A model generated the notes under the pieces. That model did not search any database and was not told where the DNA came from. It was given only the letters and a program-made list of their open reading frames with translations. From positions 1 to 64,000 of the forward strand of contig NW_026928801.1 of assembly GCF_032062105.1 (NCBI RefSeq): a DNA stretch of 64,000 nt, given 5' to 3'. Of the stretch, positions 1 through 14,620 are shown in pieces. Position 1 is the stretch's first letter, and every line of letters begins with the position of its first letter. This DNA comes from Saccostrea cucullata (taxonomy: Eukaryota). The position numbers and the translations under genes are program-made.

Positions 1-58
1 CTTAGTTGAGACATTTTTTTCTATAAAGTAAACATTAATATGAATGGTTAGATACTGA

Positions 59-1008
59 TTATGTTCCCCGAACGAAGTTGGGGAACATATTGTTTTTCCT
101 CTGTTTCTTCTTCTTCTATTATTTTTTTTCTTCCTGGGAAAATTTTGTAAACTACACATCCGATTTAGGTAAAATGTTTTAGGGTCAGTAGACATGTTAT
201 GTAGATTTGCCGAACAAAGGTCATTTTGCGCGCACGTGCTTGAAAGAGCGCGCACGTGCAACACGTGAAATGACTGATTTTATTGATATAGGCCTAACTT
301 TTAATATTTTTGATGAAATGCTTTGAAACTCATAATATCAGGATATATTAATGGCAAAGACAATATGACATGGTCAAAATAGCAAGATCTCACGCGCATG
401 CACGTGCGCTTCGTTCTGATGAGCTGAAACTAAAGTCTCTATATCTTTCTTTTTTTCGACGAAATCCTATGAAATTTTGATCATAGCCATGCATTAAGAT
501 ATCTTACAACATGATATATAGCAATTGTCATGAAAACACGTGCATGCATGTGCGCTGTAATCTGATTGGCTTAAACTTCAAAATGCTATAACTTGGTTTT
601 CAACCAAACGGGATGGGATTTAGAACATAGATAGATGTAATAAACTTCTGCAAGAAGATATGGTCATCATGCTCATGTATGCACGTGCGTGCACGTGTAA
701 TGACTTAAATAAAAAATACACTTGAATGAGCGTATTTTTAAATACTTTTGGATTAAATACTTTAATATTTAGTATATGTAAATAATTATATAGATTGTGT
801 AGACAAGATGGTATGGCAATTACGCACATGCATTCACATGCGCACGCGTGCAATGCTAAAATCTGAATGAACTTGGCTTTGTTAAAGTCTCAAATGTATA
901 GATTTTGTCCTATTTAATGAAGCGTACATGGAATATATGGCAGCAAAAGGGAGTTAGGGAGCGTTTGGGGAACATCTGTTATGGTCCCCGTTACAATTAG
1001 CACTAGTT
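59..1008 (+). mobile_element. Non-autonomous Helentron/HINE (pearl/DINE-1-like) element with internal ~145-bp tandem repeats
   Basis: 5' TT then hairpin TATGTTCCCCGAAC-GAA-GTTGGGGAACATA (60-89) and a CTT microsatellite (~105-117). GCACGTGC-containing units recur about every 145 bp (~230, 400, 540, 685, 845). A 3' copy TTTGGGGAACAT (964-975) precedes terminal CTAG+TT (1003-1008). Confidence 0.75.
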
Positions 1009-1433
1009 CTTTATTAATTCTTAAACAAAATCACCGTATTTTAATAATTTAACATTGAAAACAGTGTATTCTTATCTATGCGTCGGTTTACCTATATAAC
1101 TGTGCAGGTGTAGAATACTGCAGAAAATGTCGCCACATTATATAGGTAAGGAAAATGATATTCTAGCTTACTGCCGACTTTTTTAAGTTAATGTTTTTAA
1201 AATGTATCACATTTTTTTTATATAAGGCATTTGAAAAGTAAAAGTATTTGGACGTGTCGACGTGTACTGCATTATTAATTTCATGAAAATTGAAATGCTT
1301 GATATTTTTATTCGGCATTTTGCTGGTATTCTAGTAATACGTTTCTGCTATATTCATATATTTGTAAATGTACTTTGTAAAAGAAATCGTATGCAAAATA
1401 AAAATACTTATCTTTGTTAATATATACACATAT

Positions 1434-1658
1434 CAGGGTCCGCCGTCATAAAACATACTTTGGTATGAGAATGCTGTCAAGTCTGAGAATTTTCTCAAAT
1501 CCAAAATTCTCAGAATCAGTTGCCATCATAAAAGTTGAGAAAAATTGAAATTCCTTAAACTCAGTTTTATTCTCAAACTCTTAGCTGAGTAATTCTCAAG
1601 ACTTAAGTTGAGAATTATTTCTTTGAGAATATACAAAGTTTTAGGACGGCGGACCTTG
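1434..1658. mobile_element. MITE (~225 bp)
   Basis: TIR CAGGGTCCGCCGTCATAAAAC versus reverse complement of right end CAAGGTCCGCCGTCCTAAAAC. Internal GAGAAT/ATTCTC inverted motifs. Confidence 0.75.
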
Positions 1659-4600
1659 ATGGAACCTGCATGTAATACATGTAATTGATCAATGAATATC
1701 TTCGTACCTATTTACAGATATTCTTATTTTCCTGACCTGCATAACCTATACAGGTATGTAACAAGAAAAACAAATGGTGATACAATTCTCCAATTGCAAC
1801 ATAAATAAGAATTTTTTTTTTCTCCTTTGTGATGGAATTTCATTGTATTTTAAGAATTTCTTTTCATTTCAGCACTTGTGCATAATATTTAAGCAATAAA
1901 TCATTATTTTTTGAGTGATATAGTTTCATAACTGCAACGGTGTGTGCAAACAAATTAAATAACGCGCGTTATGACTAACCATTTCCATTATCTTTTTTTC
2001 CACACCTAAAGAAAAAATAGAACAAAGCCTACTGTAAACCAATTATTATACGAATAATTTTTTATTCGCAACTGACTGCTAGCTAGAGAACTAATTCGCG
2101 ACGATTTATTTTCGAGAACAAGTGGTAATATATTTTTTTAATTCCACAAGTATTTTTCGTATCAAATTAAAATCGTATATTCGCCCCTAAACTAGGTAAA
2201 ATGCTACCGTAATAACTGCTTACGCATTATTCAAGACATTCTATGCATTGTGTTTACTTTAAATCTTATATCCGCCACTGAAATTGGTAAAATGTTACCG
2301 TGAGTACTTTTAGCCATTATTCACGATGCTCTGTGCTTCACTTTGTCATTGACTGTACTGACACGGAATGATCATGCCCTTACGCAAAAATTTTATATCA
2401 AAGAGGGTTGCACATGGCCAATGTATATCAGAAATATCAACTTTACTTCCCGATCCAACCGTAATGAAAACTCCCGAAAAGTGTATTGCGTACAATGTGC
2501 AGGGGAACATGTATTAAATGCTTTAACACCGAGAAAACGAAAGACGCTTTAAATGTTGACAGCCATTATATACGATCAAGCTGATAGTTGAACGATATTA
2601 AAGTATTGTCCATTAATTTAACACCAATAAATCTTCACAAAGTACGTCCCATTTGCGTTCGAGATTGGTTCCTGACTGTTATTTAAAGAATTAAGGGAAA
2701 CTCAACTATTTTCATCAATGACATTCCTTATTTTAAGTGGGAGGTATCCAACTTGTTTTTAGCAAAGAGGAACCGTGACGCTGCTTTAGACACTTTAACT
2801 TTATCATCCGTGCACCGTAAGGCAAAACAACACAATATAATATAAAATCTCATAATTTGTTTATTCATGCATATATCTATTACACATAAAAAATTTGCTT
2901 TTTTATGAAAAATGTACTTAAGTGTAGTGAAAGTTTTAAGTTTTAAACCACATGATAATTCATAACACTTTGCTTTTTAATGCAAAAAATAAATTTATAT
3001 ATTAAAATACATGTATATGTATTGTGAAAAATGAGAAATAAACTTTCATAACTTCCATATCATTTTACAAATCCTTACAACATTTTATCTTATTTAATGT
3101 CTGTTGCCATTTGACTTAGCGAATTTGCTCTGGAATCACAGAACTGAAGGAGTCCATCGTTACGTCGCCGATTCGACTTCCATCGCGGGGAACGGAGATT
3201 GGCCCTTAATCAGATTGAGATCCCGTGTCGCAGAAATTGTCAGTCAGAAAAATATCCCTCGCTGCTCAATAAATTACTCTCGAAATGAAAACCATTCATG
3301 CCACCGTCTTTCAGTACGCACCGTACTTTGATTTACAGTGCAATTACTCGCATACTACAGTGTTGACAGTATATCTTCAAGTTGAAGTAAAAAGAACGCT
3401 AATTCATAAAAAGAACATTCTTTTGAATTCTTAATAAAGAGAGTTTTAAACTACAAACCAGTGAATGTAACAAATTTTAAATTCTTTTGAGTCCTGACAA
3501 TTTATTACCTATTCGAGTCATTTCTAATGATTCAATTTAATTTAAACATCACCCTTCATCCTTCACACACTGCAAGAAAAAAATTGCCTAATTCTTCCTC
3601 CTTAATAAAAAAAAGTATGTTTGCTATACAAAGAGCACCAGATGTCACTAGCCAGAACCAATGCTAAGGAAAAGTTGAGAATTGATAAGTTTACATGATT
3701 TTCAGGATTTCTACTCATTTTTTACTCTATTAACATTACGGTAGACCGTTTAAAAATCAGATAGACAACATATCTTAATATACCTGTACATGCCACTATC
3801 AATTTCACAGCACATTATTCAAAACATAATTTTTAAATAGAGATTTACAGACGGGGTTTTATAGGAAAGTTTTAATCACTGGCATACAGAGTTTGTCAGT
3901 TTCCATGCATGCTTTGAAAATAATTCCTTATCACAATCAGTTATCAGAATAAAAGGTTGAATTGATAATAGTGTAAAACAATAAAGAAATACCCTACAAA
4001 ATTGAAGGAGCACTCAAGACCATATGCCTTGTTCTTTATACATGAAAGGGCAGCTCTGAAATTAAAACAATATAATGACACATTCAATTGAAGAATTGGA
4101 GGGCTAACTGTTAAGTTGATCAGAATTAAACCATTTAATACATACCTTTAGTTTATATTTAAATTGGGAAGACGGAGTATATTAGTGGGAAAGTACTTAG
4201 TATAAAAAACATTTGATCAATGCATGCATTATTGCTAGCACTCTCGAGCGCTAGCAACTACATAAGTCTAAATTCCTGCCTCGATAAACATTAAAAAAAT
4301 TAGCAAAATAAATCACTTGATCAAGGACCTTTTTTTCTGTGTTTAAAAATTGCTACGGCGCTAGCTCACCTATCGTTTTTAAAAGATAAAGCTTGTTGAG
4401 CAATTAATGTCAATTAATGTGTATGTTAATAAACAAAAGGAAAATTATTATTTTTACTCCTATAACACCGAAAAACTAAAACCCGATAAAAATCATTTAA
4501 ATGAAATTAACTTTTTTTTTAATTGAGGCAAAAAAATTGTTAGAGGCTAAATGTGTGGCCAAGTTAACTTTTAGGCCAGGCCAAAAATTGGTTTGGAGCC

Positions 4601-7600
4601 TTATAAAGGATCAAAATAGATTCCAGGCCAACTTTGAGGCCAAAGGGACCAAGTCAGGTTTTATAGTAAGCCGCTTTCCTCCGTTTTAGCATATTAAGTT
4701 CATACGAAATTGAGAAAGAGATTGAAATCTTAAATAATTTATAATAATGATAAATAAATAAAAATTAACGGAGATTTCAGTTACATAGTTGTGTAAATAT
4801 TAGATGAAGAATAGATTTAAGAGGGCTGTTTAATTAAAACCCAGAATGCATATATGCAGGAAGGGAAGAGAGAAAGTCGCCACACGCCTCATCGGTATAA
4901 AGTGGGGTCTCTGTATGAAAAATTCTGAAAGGGGATTAAAGTTACAAATTATTAAACAAAATGAGTCACCACTCACCCTCCATCCCCCACACCACCCCCT
5001 ACCCCCACCCCCACCCTTTAAAGGAATGATGTCTAACGAAATCTAATTCGACCTATCAATTGCAAGATCGAAAAAAAAAAGACTTCTTCAATTTTTTGGT
5101 AAGATCGGCTAGGCAGGTACTGGTAAGTATAAAAACCAGAAATTATGTACATTTAGTTTTACCTAAATCATTTTCGCCATTTCAGGAAAATTAAGGTACA
5201 AAACACAAAAATAAATATATAATTTCTTTTGACAAAAAAACAGCCATTAGTTTGCGCTGAAGGCATGAATTTAAATAAGATGCTCTTTAAGTATATATTT
5301 TATATATGTTTTGGTGACACAAATTTTTTTACAGATACAAAAAGATTTGTACTATGAACTTAAAAAAATCATACCAAAGTATTTTGTGTCTCATGCGGGA
5401 TGGGGGGGGGGGGGGGCACATGTTTATCGACAAAAAATGGTTATTTTTCGACAATTTCAATGCGATTTACAACTAATACATTATATTTTATTAATATAAT
5501 TATGTTTTATTCATTTGCCTAAAACATAAGAAAATATATAAGGAAAATCTAATCATATCCAAGACAATTTCAAAATATGGCGATGCTTGAATGTCCGATT
5601 TCAATGGAAAATATCGTCTACCCCCTTTTTTCAAGAGCTGTAACTATGGATATCTAACTATTTAGCGCTTGTATCAAGACAATTCATCAAATACAATTGA
5701 ACTGGTCTTTGTATTAAACAAAGATTTTATGACCAAATTGCCAATTATATTGAATTGAATAGGTTCAGAATGTATACAGGACTCGAGAGTTAGCATGCAT
5801 CTTTCTTTGCTTTAATGCAAATTTGAGGATCAATTATAATATGCAATAGTTTTCATATTTTTAAACAACTGGAAACAATTAAATTCAATTTGAAAGATTT
5901 GAAAGATGGGTGAACAAGGCGGGCAGAATGCCTATAGCGTCTGATGTTAAGAAATCATATTCAGTATGTGAATTGAGTATTTTAATTAACTTCTAATTAT
6001 TGAATTTTTTGAAATTATGAGAAAAAAAACCTTATCTGAGAGAAAAAGAAATCTCGCAAAAAAATTTCTTTTATGAAATTAATACAGTGTAGATGGTTTT
6101 CGTGGGATTCGAACCCAAGCAAATAAAAATCCGACGTATCAATAGCATACTGCTTTGACACGCGTTAACCACTATGCTAAATCACGCATGGTGATTTTGG
6201 GCATTTAAATCATGTTTGTGATATGACCCGCGACTTAATGGACTAGAAGTATTTCTCGAAAAGATGCGAACGTTGTGTCATAAATGTGTTATTTTAAGGT
6301 ATAGTGGGTCTTCGCTCCATGTTTTTGTAAACCACAAAATGTGTATTTTATTGCAAACATATAGGGTTATCTTTCGATAAAATGGAGCGAAGACCCATTC
6401 ACATTGAAAAATTTTGGTAAAGTACGAGAAAATGATCCTTTTTGTACTTTTTAATGTGTGTACCTTTTTCATAGGCAAATATTTTCTGTTTTGTGATATT
6501 TTTTTTAAATTGTAGAGGTTTCTTATAAAGAATACTTTGATACTTGATGAAATATCAAATAAAATTTGGGTTTAATTGAGATTAAAATTTTCACTTCTTA
6601 TCTGTCGCCTTATCCACCCAACTTTTTTCTAAAGTATACAGAAAACTTATTTAAATAAATGTTTGATGCATTTCTATTACCTTTGAACATATAAAAACGG
6701 ATACATTACCTGCAAGTGAATTATTGTCTCTTTGCAAACATTAAGCAAGCTACACAAAGATGTAGTGTTTCAGATGGTTTTATATAATCTGTACTATGTC
6801 CCTGTTCACAAGTGATTTTGCTCAAATCCCTCTCTGGCACTTGGATATAATCATAATTGTTTTTTTATTCTCAAGAGGCCAAACAGAATGCTTCCTAGAG
6901 TCTGGGTTTTCTTAAGTAGTTTTAAAAAACAGATGTCTTATATTATGAATAAATACTATGCCTGACATATGAATTTTACTTCTGAAATATAAATTGAAAA
7001 AAATACGAGTTCTGTAAAATTCTTTACGATATTGTATATAGATCACCTAAAATTTATTTTTGCTGCACCTTACTTTTGCAAGATAATCCGTAACACTGTC
7101 TTTATTCAGCTATTCTAAAGTGTTCCTTTGATCACATGGCGTGGTATAAGAAAAATGAAGATGCTTCCGAAATCACATCGTCGCAAACCACGACCAAAAT
7201 GTACTATCCTCTCCCGTTGAAAGAGAGAGCTTATATGTGGAATCCAGACCGTAGCTTGAGACGATGCCGAAATAAAGTCTTCTAGATTTTGATAAATTTT
7301 TGAAAGAAAAAAAAAACAAAAATTCGTATACTACAGGACCGAACTGCATATCTTCAAGTCCCATGAATCAACCTGTAGAAAGAATGTTTTTGAGGATAAA
7401 ACGGATGGAATCTAGTATATAAATCAGTGTCAAATATACTTAGAACCTTCTGGTTTGAACTTCAAAGCTGTCGCATACAGTTGTATACATATATCATGTG
7501 TAACTCATTATAAGCTAAGTCAATGCTAACCAGGCTTTGTTAATCCCCAAAAGAGTCTTTAGACATATTTTTTTTTATTTTACAATGATCTAACTTGAAG

Positions 7601-7652
7601 TTTGTTATTTTAATATCACGGATAGAGTTGGATGTGTCCTTCAGGAGATACA

Positions 7653-7861
7653 ATTGATTGATTGATCGAATATTCATAATTGTTCAACGACCCTCTCGCG
7701 AATTTTTCACTCATATGGAGATGACACCACTTTCCCTTGAGAGCTGCAAATTTTGTCTTATATTCAGCATTCAAGGCCATTAAGCAGGGAGGGGTCTTTT
7801 TGTACCAGCGCATACTGGGACACTGGGACATTGATTTATACGGTCTCGTCTGAAGAACCGG
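7653..7861 (-). mobile_element. 5'-truncated, diverged copy of the tRNA-derived SINE at 16526-16868
   Basis: (ATTG)n tail, then CCCTCTCGcGAATTTTTCACTCATATGGAGA...GGCCATT...GGTCTC, colinear with the full SINE. tRNA head absent. Confidence 0.8.
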
Positions 7862-10061
7862 CCTTTAGTAGATATGACAAATTATTTCCTGACTATACTA
7901 AAGTATTAACACTCCTCGGCAGTCCGGCTGGGATATCTTTAATGTTTCTATTGAAACAATCCGCTATAAGTCTGCCTGGACAAAACATTTAACGCTACAA
8001 GGACAAAAAGTTTCCTTCACTTGTCCATGAACAATAGTCATAACAATTAACCAATATGTTGAGGTCAAAGGATACCATCATTCTCTAGAAAATGTGAGTA
8101 GAGAAATCTCAATTTCAATTTCAGTTTTTTTTTGTTTCCTTTATAATGAGAAGATACAATGTTTTATGAGATATTCTCAATTATCTATTCATGAGAACAA
8201 TCTTAAACAAAATCAGCATAAAGTCTTGATTATAAACAAGTATCATTTTTAGAACTGAAAAATATGAAATAAAGTTATTAATATAACACAAGGGTAAGAT
8301 GGAGTTATAAAAACATGTCTTATAATTATATGATGCCATTAATGCTATGCTTGCTCACTTCTTTATGGCGTCTGATCCAACCAATGATTTTTTGGAGGTC
8401 TGTGTTTGTTCTATTGTATTGTTTATTAGATTTTGAGCTTGAATACTGTTCATTATCTCCACATATTTCATGCCACACTTACAAAATATAGAAGAAATAT
8501 CAAGTGACTTAATTGAAAAGGGATTTGAGTTATTTGGCTTAATAAAGCTTGATATTTCAACGCGAAATTATCATTGCATATCTTTTAAGAGCATAAAATG
8601 ATCGACAAGGCTGTCAACCTTGCTTTTATGACGTTATATAACGTAATTTTGTCTAATGCCTCAATGTACATTTAATTTACGAAATAATTTCTTATAATTC
8701 TATCATGAACCTATTTTATTTATATAATACTCAAATCATAATTGTAATAGTTTTATAAAGGTAACATTTTTGACATTGGGTTCTAATCGCTTGATTGTCG
8801 GAGTACAATTCATATTACCCACAATGAAGCTTACAACCTGACTCTTTTAGGGCACCTGTCCAGTAAAACAACATCGGATGTGTTTTGATAAACATTTTGA
8901 AACAGATAATCTAAATCTGGATAAAAAAGTAGCAGAACAAACACAATCCTCTTAACACCAGGGGTAGGATCAGATACCATGAATTAATGAGCATCCCCCT
9001 GCTGATCAATTTCATTTCCTGTGTTTAAAAAAAATCAGAAGTTGATGATGGATTTTTTCAACAATGATAATAACGTACAGCCTATAAGATTCCCCGGATA
9101 TCATTTTCATCAAACTATCCGCATTTTCTATTGAATTCTCTATAAAATCTCGTTAAATATTTACAACGAATCAATATTTGATTTTAAAATCTAGATCAAT
9201 AATTTATATAAAAAATAAAGTACATATAATCTTTAAGTCATTATAAAATAGTCAATAAGTATAAAATTAGATTGCATATTTTGCGCACACTTTGAGGATA
9301 ACAACAAAGATTGAATTAAATGAACACTCCGATAGACAAATATATTTAAGAGAAAGGAATTTATACCTTTTGATCTCTATGGTGTTCCATGATATAGCTG
9401 ACTGAATTCAATCTTGGTTAGATTATTGCAACAAGTAAATTTCTTTTTTCAGTAAACAAAAGATGGAGCATGCGCCCGCTATAAATTATAAATTATTATC
9501 TTTTTTATGAAGTCCGTTTACTCAACGGTCATATCAAAATCAAGTTAAAATACATGTATTTTTTTTTTACTCACTCTCTTGTGTGAGTCGGTGTCATAAA
9601 AACATGAAACGTACTTAAAAAAGATAAACTTTCCATTGTTACAACGCCATTAAACCATGCATCCGCCGTAATTATTATCATACCTTTGAGCCAACAAAAC
9701 ATTAAAGTCTGTACCCTCTAAAGAAATCTGCTATGCTTTATTTGTAACATAAACTTAACCCTGTTTTTCCTTCTCGTCCAAAAATTAAAGAAACTATAGA
9801 AATTTATTCAATTGAAAATTTGAATTAAACTATTTTTATTTGTGACGGAAAGAAAGAATCCTATGTGAGTGATAAGTGCTTGAAACTAAGCAGCGCTCTA
9901 ATTATGTCTTCATAAAGTATAAAATGCTACAGCTTTTTAAGAGTCTCTCATTTCATCTACTTCTGATTGAAGTATAACAAAAAGGAAGTTTAGAAGGAAG
10001 GAACGACATGTCCTTTAAAACCCTATTATAAAGATTATTTTGGGACACATTTCTAACATAC

Positions 10062-11600
10062 TGTAATACTAGATTTAACGCATAAAAATACGTTGTTTAA
10101 TTTTTTACAAACTAAGCTGGCTATTTTATCCCTTTTTTTACCACCTATTCATAAGGATTAAACTTGTATATGAATCCACATCAAGGTATGTTGAAAGGTG
10201 GAAAGAAGAAAGGTTAGAAGCAAGATATTTGCAACATGTAACATACTTATACATGTGTATATATCTAAATGTATATGAACATTTGTAACTGTTCATAAGA
10301 TATTTAAATTGATTCCCCTTTCTCGCGCAAAGATGCTACACTCCTCCCCTCCTACATTTGATCCCCTTGAATCCCTTCTACAAACAAATTTAAATTTCAA
10401 ATCAATTTAGCTAGTCAGTATACTCTAAAAGGTCAATATAGTATATTTAAATTCAGAACTTAAATTTCCTCGGTCAGTGTTTCGTATGCATTTCTTCCAC
10501 GTAAAGGATAACGCCTGGCCGATATGATTGGATTGCATGTATGTGGACTGGAAGATGGAGGGTCAGCTGAAGTGGGTGGATTCCCACTCGGGACTGACAA
10601 CTGCCTTTGAGCTCAAGAAGGTAGAATCGTTCATTTGCATCAGCGGGGATGTGAAATCTACATGAATAGGTGCTGAGTTGATAACTACGGTGGAGTCTAA
10701 GTAATCAATATAAGGTTTTTTTTTCCGGTGGAAGATCAGCTTTACAACAAAATAAATGATTGCATTGACAATAAAGGATGCGGTTGATAACCTTCACTTG
10801 ATATGTTAGAGGTCCTATCATCATGTGAATATAGCCTGGGCTCAATTTCTCTGCCCGTTTGAATCGTTGTTTTCACCTGTACTTGTTCCCAGTGTGAAAT
10901 TTCTTTACTTGAAAGCTTAAGACTCCTCTGTTTGGAGTTTGTTTCATTTTCTGCTGATAATTTTCCACTTGTCTTCCAGTGTCATATTTTAATAGAGTGT
11001 TCTGAATTGCCACTTTAGAAAAAAAGCTCTGTAGGCGCCACACTAGTGATAGTATGCGGTATAATCACATATTTAAGGAAGTCCCCTAACTTGTATACAA
11101 GTGATTCGCCTTCCCAATTTTTTTTTACATTTCAACACCTTTTTGACAAATTGATACCGTGAATGGTGAAGTGCGTACCAATGTGTGCTTTATCCAGTTC
11201 AATCGGGCAAAACCCTTAAATTTACTCGATGTAAATTACATCCAGTTATCACTTACTATTTCCTTAGGTAGTCGTTTGGACACAAACAGCATCCTGAGCT
11301 TTCGTCAATTGTCAATAATCAGTGAGCTCGTCATGGTCTTACTGGATTGCCTCTATCCACATCGAGAAGCTATCATAAACTATAAGTAAGGATTGACCTT
11401 TCTAATGAGCATATTAAATTTATATTCTCTAAAATGATCTGTTAGCCCTGATCCGGGATGCAACGGTGCTTCTTTTGGACTATTTTGTAAGGAGATACAT
11501 GCTTGACATTTCTCGAAAATTTTCTCTTTGTCCTTATCTAGATTCGGGCACCATAGATATCCCTGCGCTAGTAACTTCATCCTGCACATAACTGGAAATT
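10062..11600 (-). mobile_element. Decayed Ty3/gypsy LTR retrotransposon 3' remnant (integrase fragment, PPT, putative 3' LTR)
   Basis: ORF 11380-11589 RMKLLAQGYLWCPNLDKD..CQAC..Q..P..APLHP is an integrase zinc-binding region. Downstream fragments GPLTYQVK and RRYPLR. PPT AGGGGAGGAG (rc of 10341-10350) is directly followed by TGTAG; a possible LTR end ATTACA lies at 10062. Confidence 0.7.
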
Positions 11601-11995
11601 GATAAAATTACACATAAATGACTGAATTTGTACTTTTTGCATTTGCCTTATTTTAATAACTATACAAAATCAAATAAAAAAATAAATGTCATAACCCGAA
11701 AGCTTGGAATCTTCCCTACATTTTTTCACATTACGGACGCTTTAAGGTATAAGCATCTGTTACAATGACATTTGTTGTTAAATATTGGAACTTTTAGGTA
11801 TAAAATACACAAAAATAAATCATGACCATATCAGAATATTTTCTAACCCAGTGGTGAAATAAGTTCCAAATCCAACTACAAAACAATGCATACTATCTAT
11901 ATACACTTCATTATCTAATTTGACTATCATCCTATTACAGAATTCTATAGAGTAAACATTTTAAAAGTATTATTTTATTTAAGGAATGAATTTAA

Positions 11996-14620
11996 GAGGC
12001 TGTCCACCGAAAAACCAGGCAATAGGTGGCACATCGCATGTCATGGATTTTTATTATTTTTTGCATGTAGACTTATTTAAGCAAGTGTTAATACATGGCA
12101 ACATCAAAAATTTTTTTAGTGGTCCTCTAGTCCTATTTTTGGTAAATGTCTAATTCTAAGTGCAAAAAGGTCAACATGAGGCTACAAAAAATACTACCGT
12201 TTTTATTTTGTTTTATTTGTTACAAATACTTAAAAGCTGGGTGTGTCAATCAATATTATCTATAGCATAGACTCCTATCTTTTATTTCCTAATGAATAAG
12301 ACTCCAAATTATATTTCTTTAGAAAAAAATTATGTGGTCCAAACTTGAGTTTAGCAAGTGACTTTTTGAATTCAGTATCCGAATTTTGATACGTTATAAA
12401 AGCCAATACATTACTATGACAAAATTTTTTCGTCATGTTAATATTAATACAAAGTACAAACTTTTGAGTCACTTCATAAAATTGGTGGGAACAAGTATAT
12501 TGAGGGAAATAAGAGGATTCAAATTCACCTACTATCTATGATTTTTCCCAAATTAAACCGATCCCGATCGGAATTATATGAAGAAGAAAATACTATAACT
12601 GTATTGTTCAATTTAGCTCTTTTGTTGTTATATAGTTCAAAATTTACTTTATTTATTTTTATCCATGTCTTATAGGTGGCAGTTGCCTTTAGTTTGTCAA
12701 CTTTATAAATTTTGAATTATTTTCGATCGGGATCGGTTTTATTTCAATCGGGTATGGTTTTTAGGAATATTTCGTAAACTTGGTTCTTCATTTTAATTTA
12801 CCAGAGAACTTATATACTTATCTGTTTCTTTTCATTCAGTAAAATGTTTTAAATGATTTTGCATGTTCATTTATTCAAATGTATATAATTATCTAAATTC
12901 CTCATGTCTTTTACGTACATGATTACAGTGATGATTACCGTGTACATGTAAAACATCTTTGATTTCTTGGTACTCGGCAATTAAATAAGTGTTTGAACAT
13001 GCATTATGTAGCAAGTTAGAGAAGACAGCTTAGCTTCATTAAATATTTTATTTCAAAGTATTTTTTGTTCTTTTATTAATATTTTCTTAGGAATTAATAA
13101 GGAGTTAAATTCAATAGGTGGCGCACGTACCTACAGTGTAAATACAGAAAATATTTTTTTGTGTGTAGTCTCGGGTTTATCCAAGTTTTTTTCAACATGT
13201 CATCTGTTAATCCTTTTCACCTATATATTCTTCTTTTCCAAATTTTTTTTGTTAATAAAAGAAATTCTTTCATATACATCATTATTTAAGAGCCCACAAA
13301 TCGCAAGCAAAATGCAAAAAGGGGGGGGGGGGGGGAGGGACGGCATCATGGCATCATTTTTTCAAAAACAGGTTTCATGAATATAAAAACATTTTAGAAT
13401 TGGCCAACATAGTTACATATTTTAACTCCATATTAAACGTGAGTATGTAATTATTTCGATCTCCAATTATATTAAAAAAAAAAAAAAATCAGAAACGTTT
13501 CACTGAACCATCTTCCGTTTTAGTTTCAAATTGAAGTTATGAGTTCAGCAGTAATCTCCCGCAATAAATATTATTGTAACTTATTTTTCAGGGTTTTTGT
13601 TTTATATTTTTACTTGTACCGCTGCTTGTTTATTTTTATTTGACTGCATAGATAAATATATTAAAGATTTTACAAATATCATGAAGTAAACATCTCAACT
13701 TCGTTAAATTAAATTTTGCGTAAATCTGAAATATTCACGATTCCTTGATTATCAGAAGAAAAAAACTTTCACATCCCAATTACATAAGAAATGTTCAATA
13801 AAAACACTATAAAAATTAATTATTTTTGTGCATATCCTAGTATTAAGAAAATGTATAAAATAAAAAAAAATTAAAATTTTGGATATTGCACTGTGCATAG
13901 TAATTGAACAGAAAAGGAGAAATTACTTATTTTTAATTATTTTTCTTTGCACGTTTACGCAAAGAATTTACAAACTTTTCTGGAAGTCTATTTGACTATT
14001 TGATTGTGACGCAGTATTAGTCAGGTATATGACGTCACTGATACATAAATGGAAACGTGGATTCATCCTGAATAATACAGCCCATTTTTATCCAAATATT
14101 ACGTTTGCAGGCGTAAATGAGCTCCATTTTGAAAATAAAGTAATTATTTTTTGTTTAATAATTTTCTGTGTATCGAGTCTATTTTTTTTTTACTAGGATT
14201 CCGATAGTAATGCGTTTAGCAGATTTACCGATGCCACGGGAGATAACTCTTGCACTGCAAAATTTCATAAAAACGTCTTTATATTTTGACAGAAAACTAA
14301 TTCACAAGTGTTTTTCCCACCGATTTTATTTTTGAAAAAGAAAGATTGACTTAGTTCAGCATGAATTATAGTCCTGTTAAAAATGTATTGGAAGTTACAG
14401 TTCTTTGTTTCTGACCTAAATTCAATGGTTTATATAGGGGAACTCAATAACACGAAAGAAACGGATATTTTACTAATTAAGTAATTTTCAAACAAATCTT
14501 CGATTACATTATTCCATTTGGACTACATTGATATTGTTTTCAATAAAATATCACATATTCGTCACATTGGATGTGCCGCCTATCAATACAATACTGCCTG
14601 GTTTTTCGGTGGACTGCCTC
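11996..14620. mobile_element. Non-autonomous DNA transposon, GAG..CTC termini and TTAA TSD (Sola3-like; Kolobok possible)
   Basis: Left TTAA|GAGGCTGTCCACCGAAAAACCAGGCA..ATAGGTGGCACATC. Right rc TTAA|GAGGCAGTCCACCGAAAAACCAGGCA..ATAGGCGGCACATC. TTAA at 11992-11995 and 14621-14624. No transposase ORF inside. Confidence 0.8.

Noticed and set aside
2030-3340. Possible MITE bounded by ACTGTAAACCAA / TTGATTTACAGT
   Set aside because: TIR match is short and the TA TSD is not conserved on the right.
6095-6182. tRNA-like B-box (GGGATTCGAACCC)
   Set aside because: No convincing cloverleaf. Probably a degenerate piece inside a repeat whose ends I could not define.
7173-7378. Possible minus-strand exon with an acceptor near 7373
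   Set aside because: No recognisable domain, interrupted by an A-rich tract, and no consistent partner exons.
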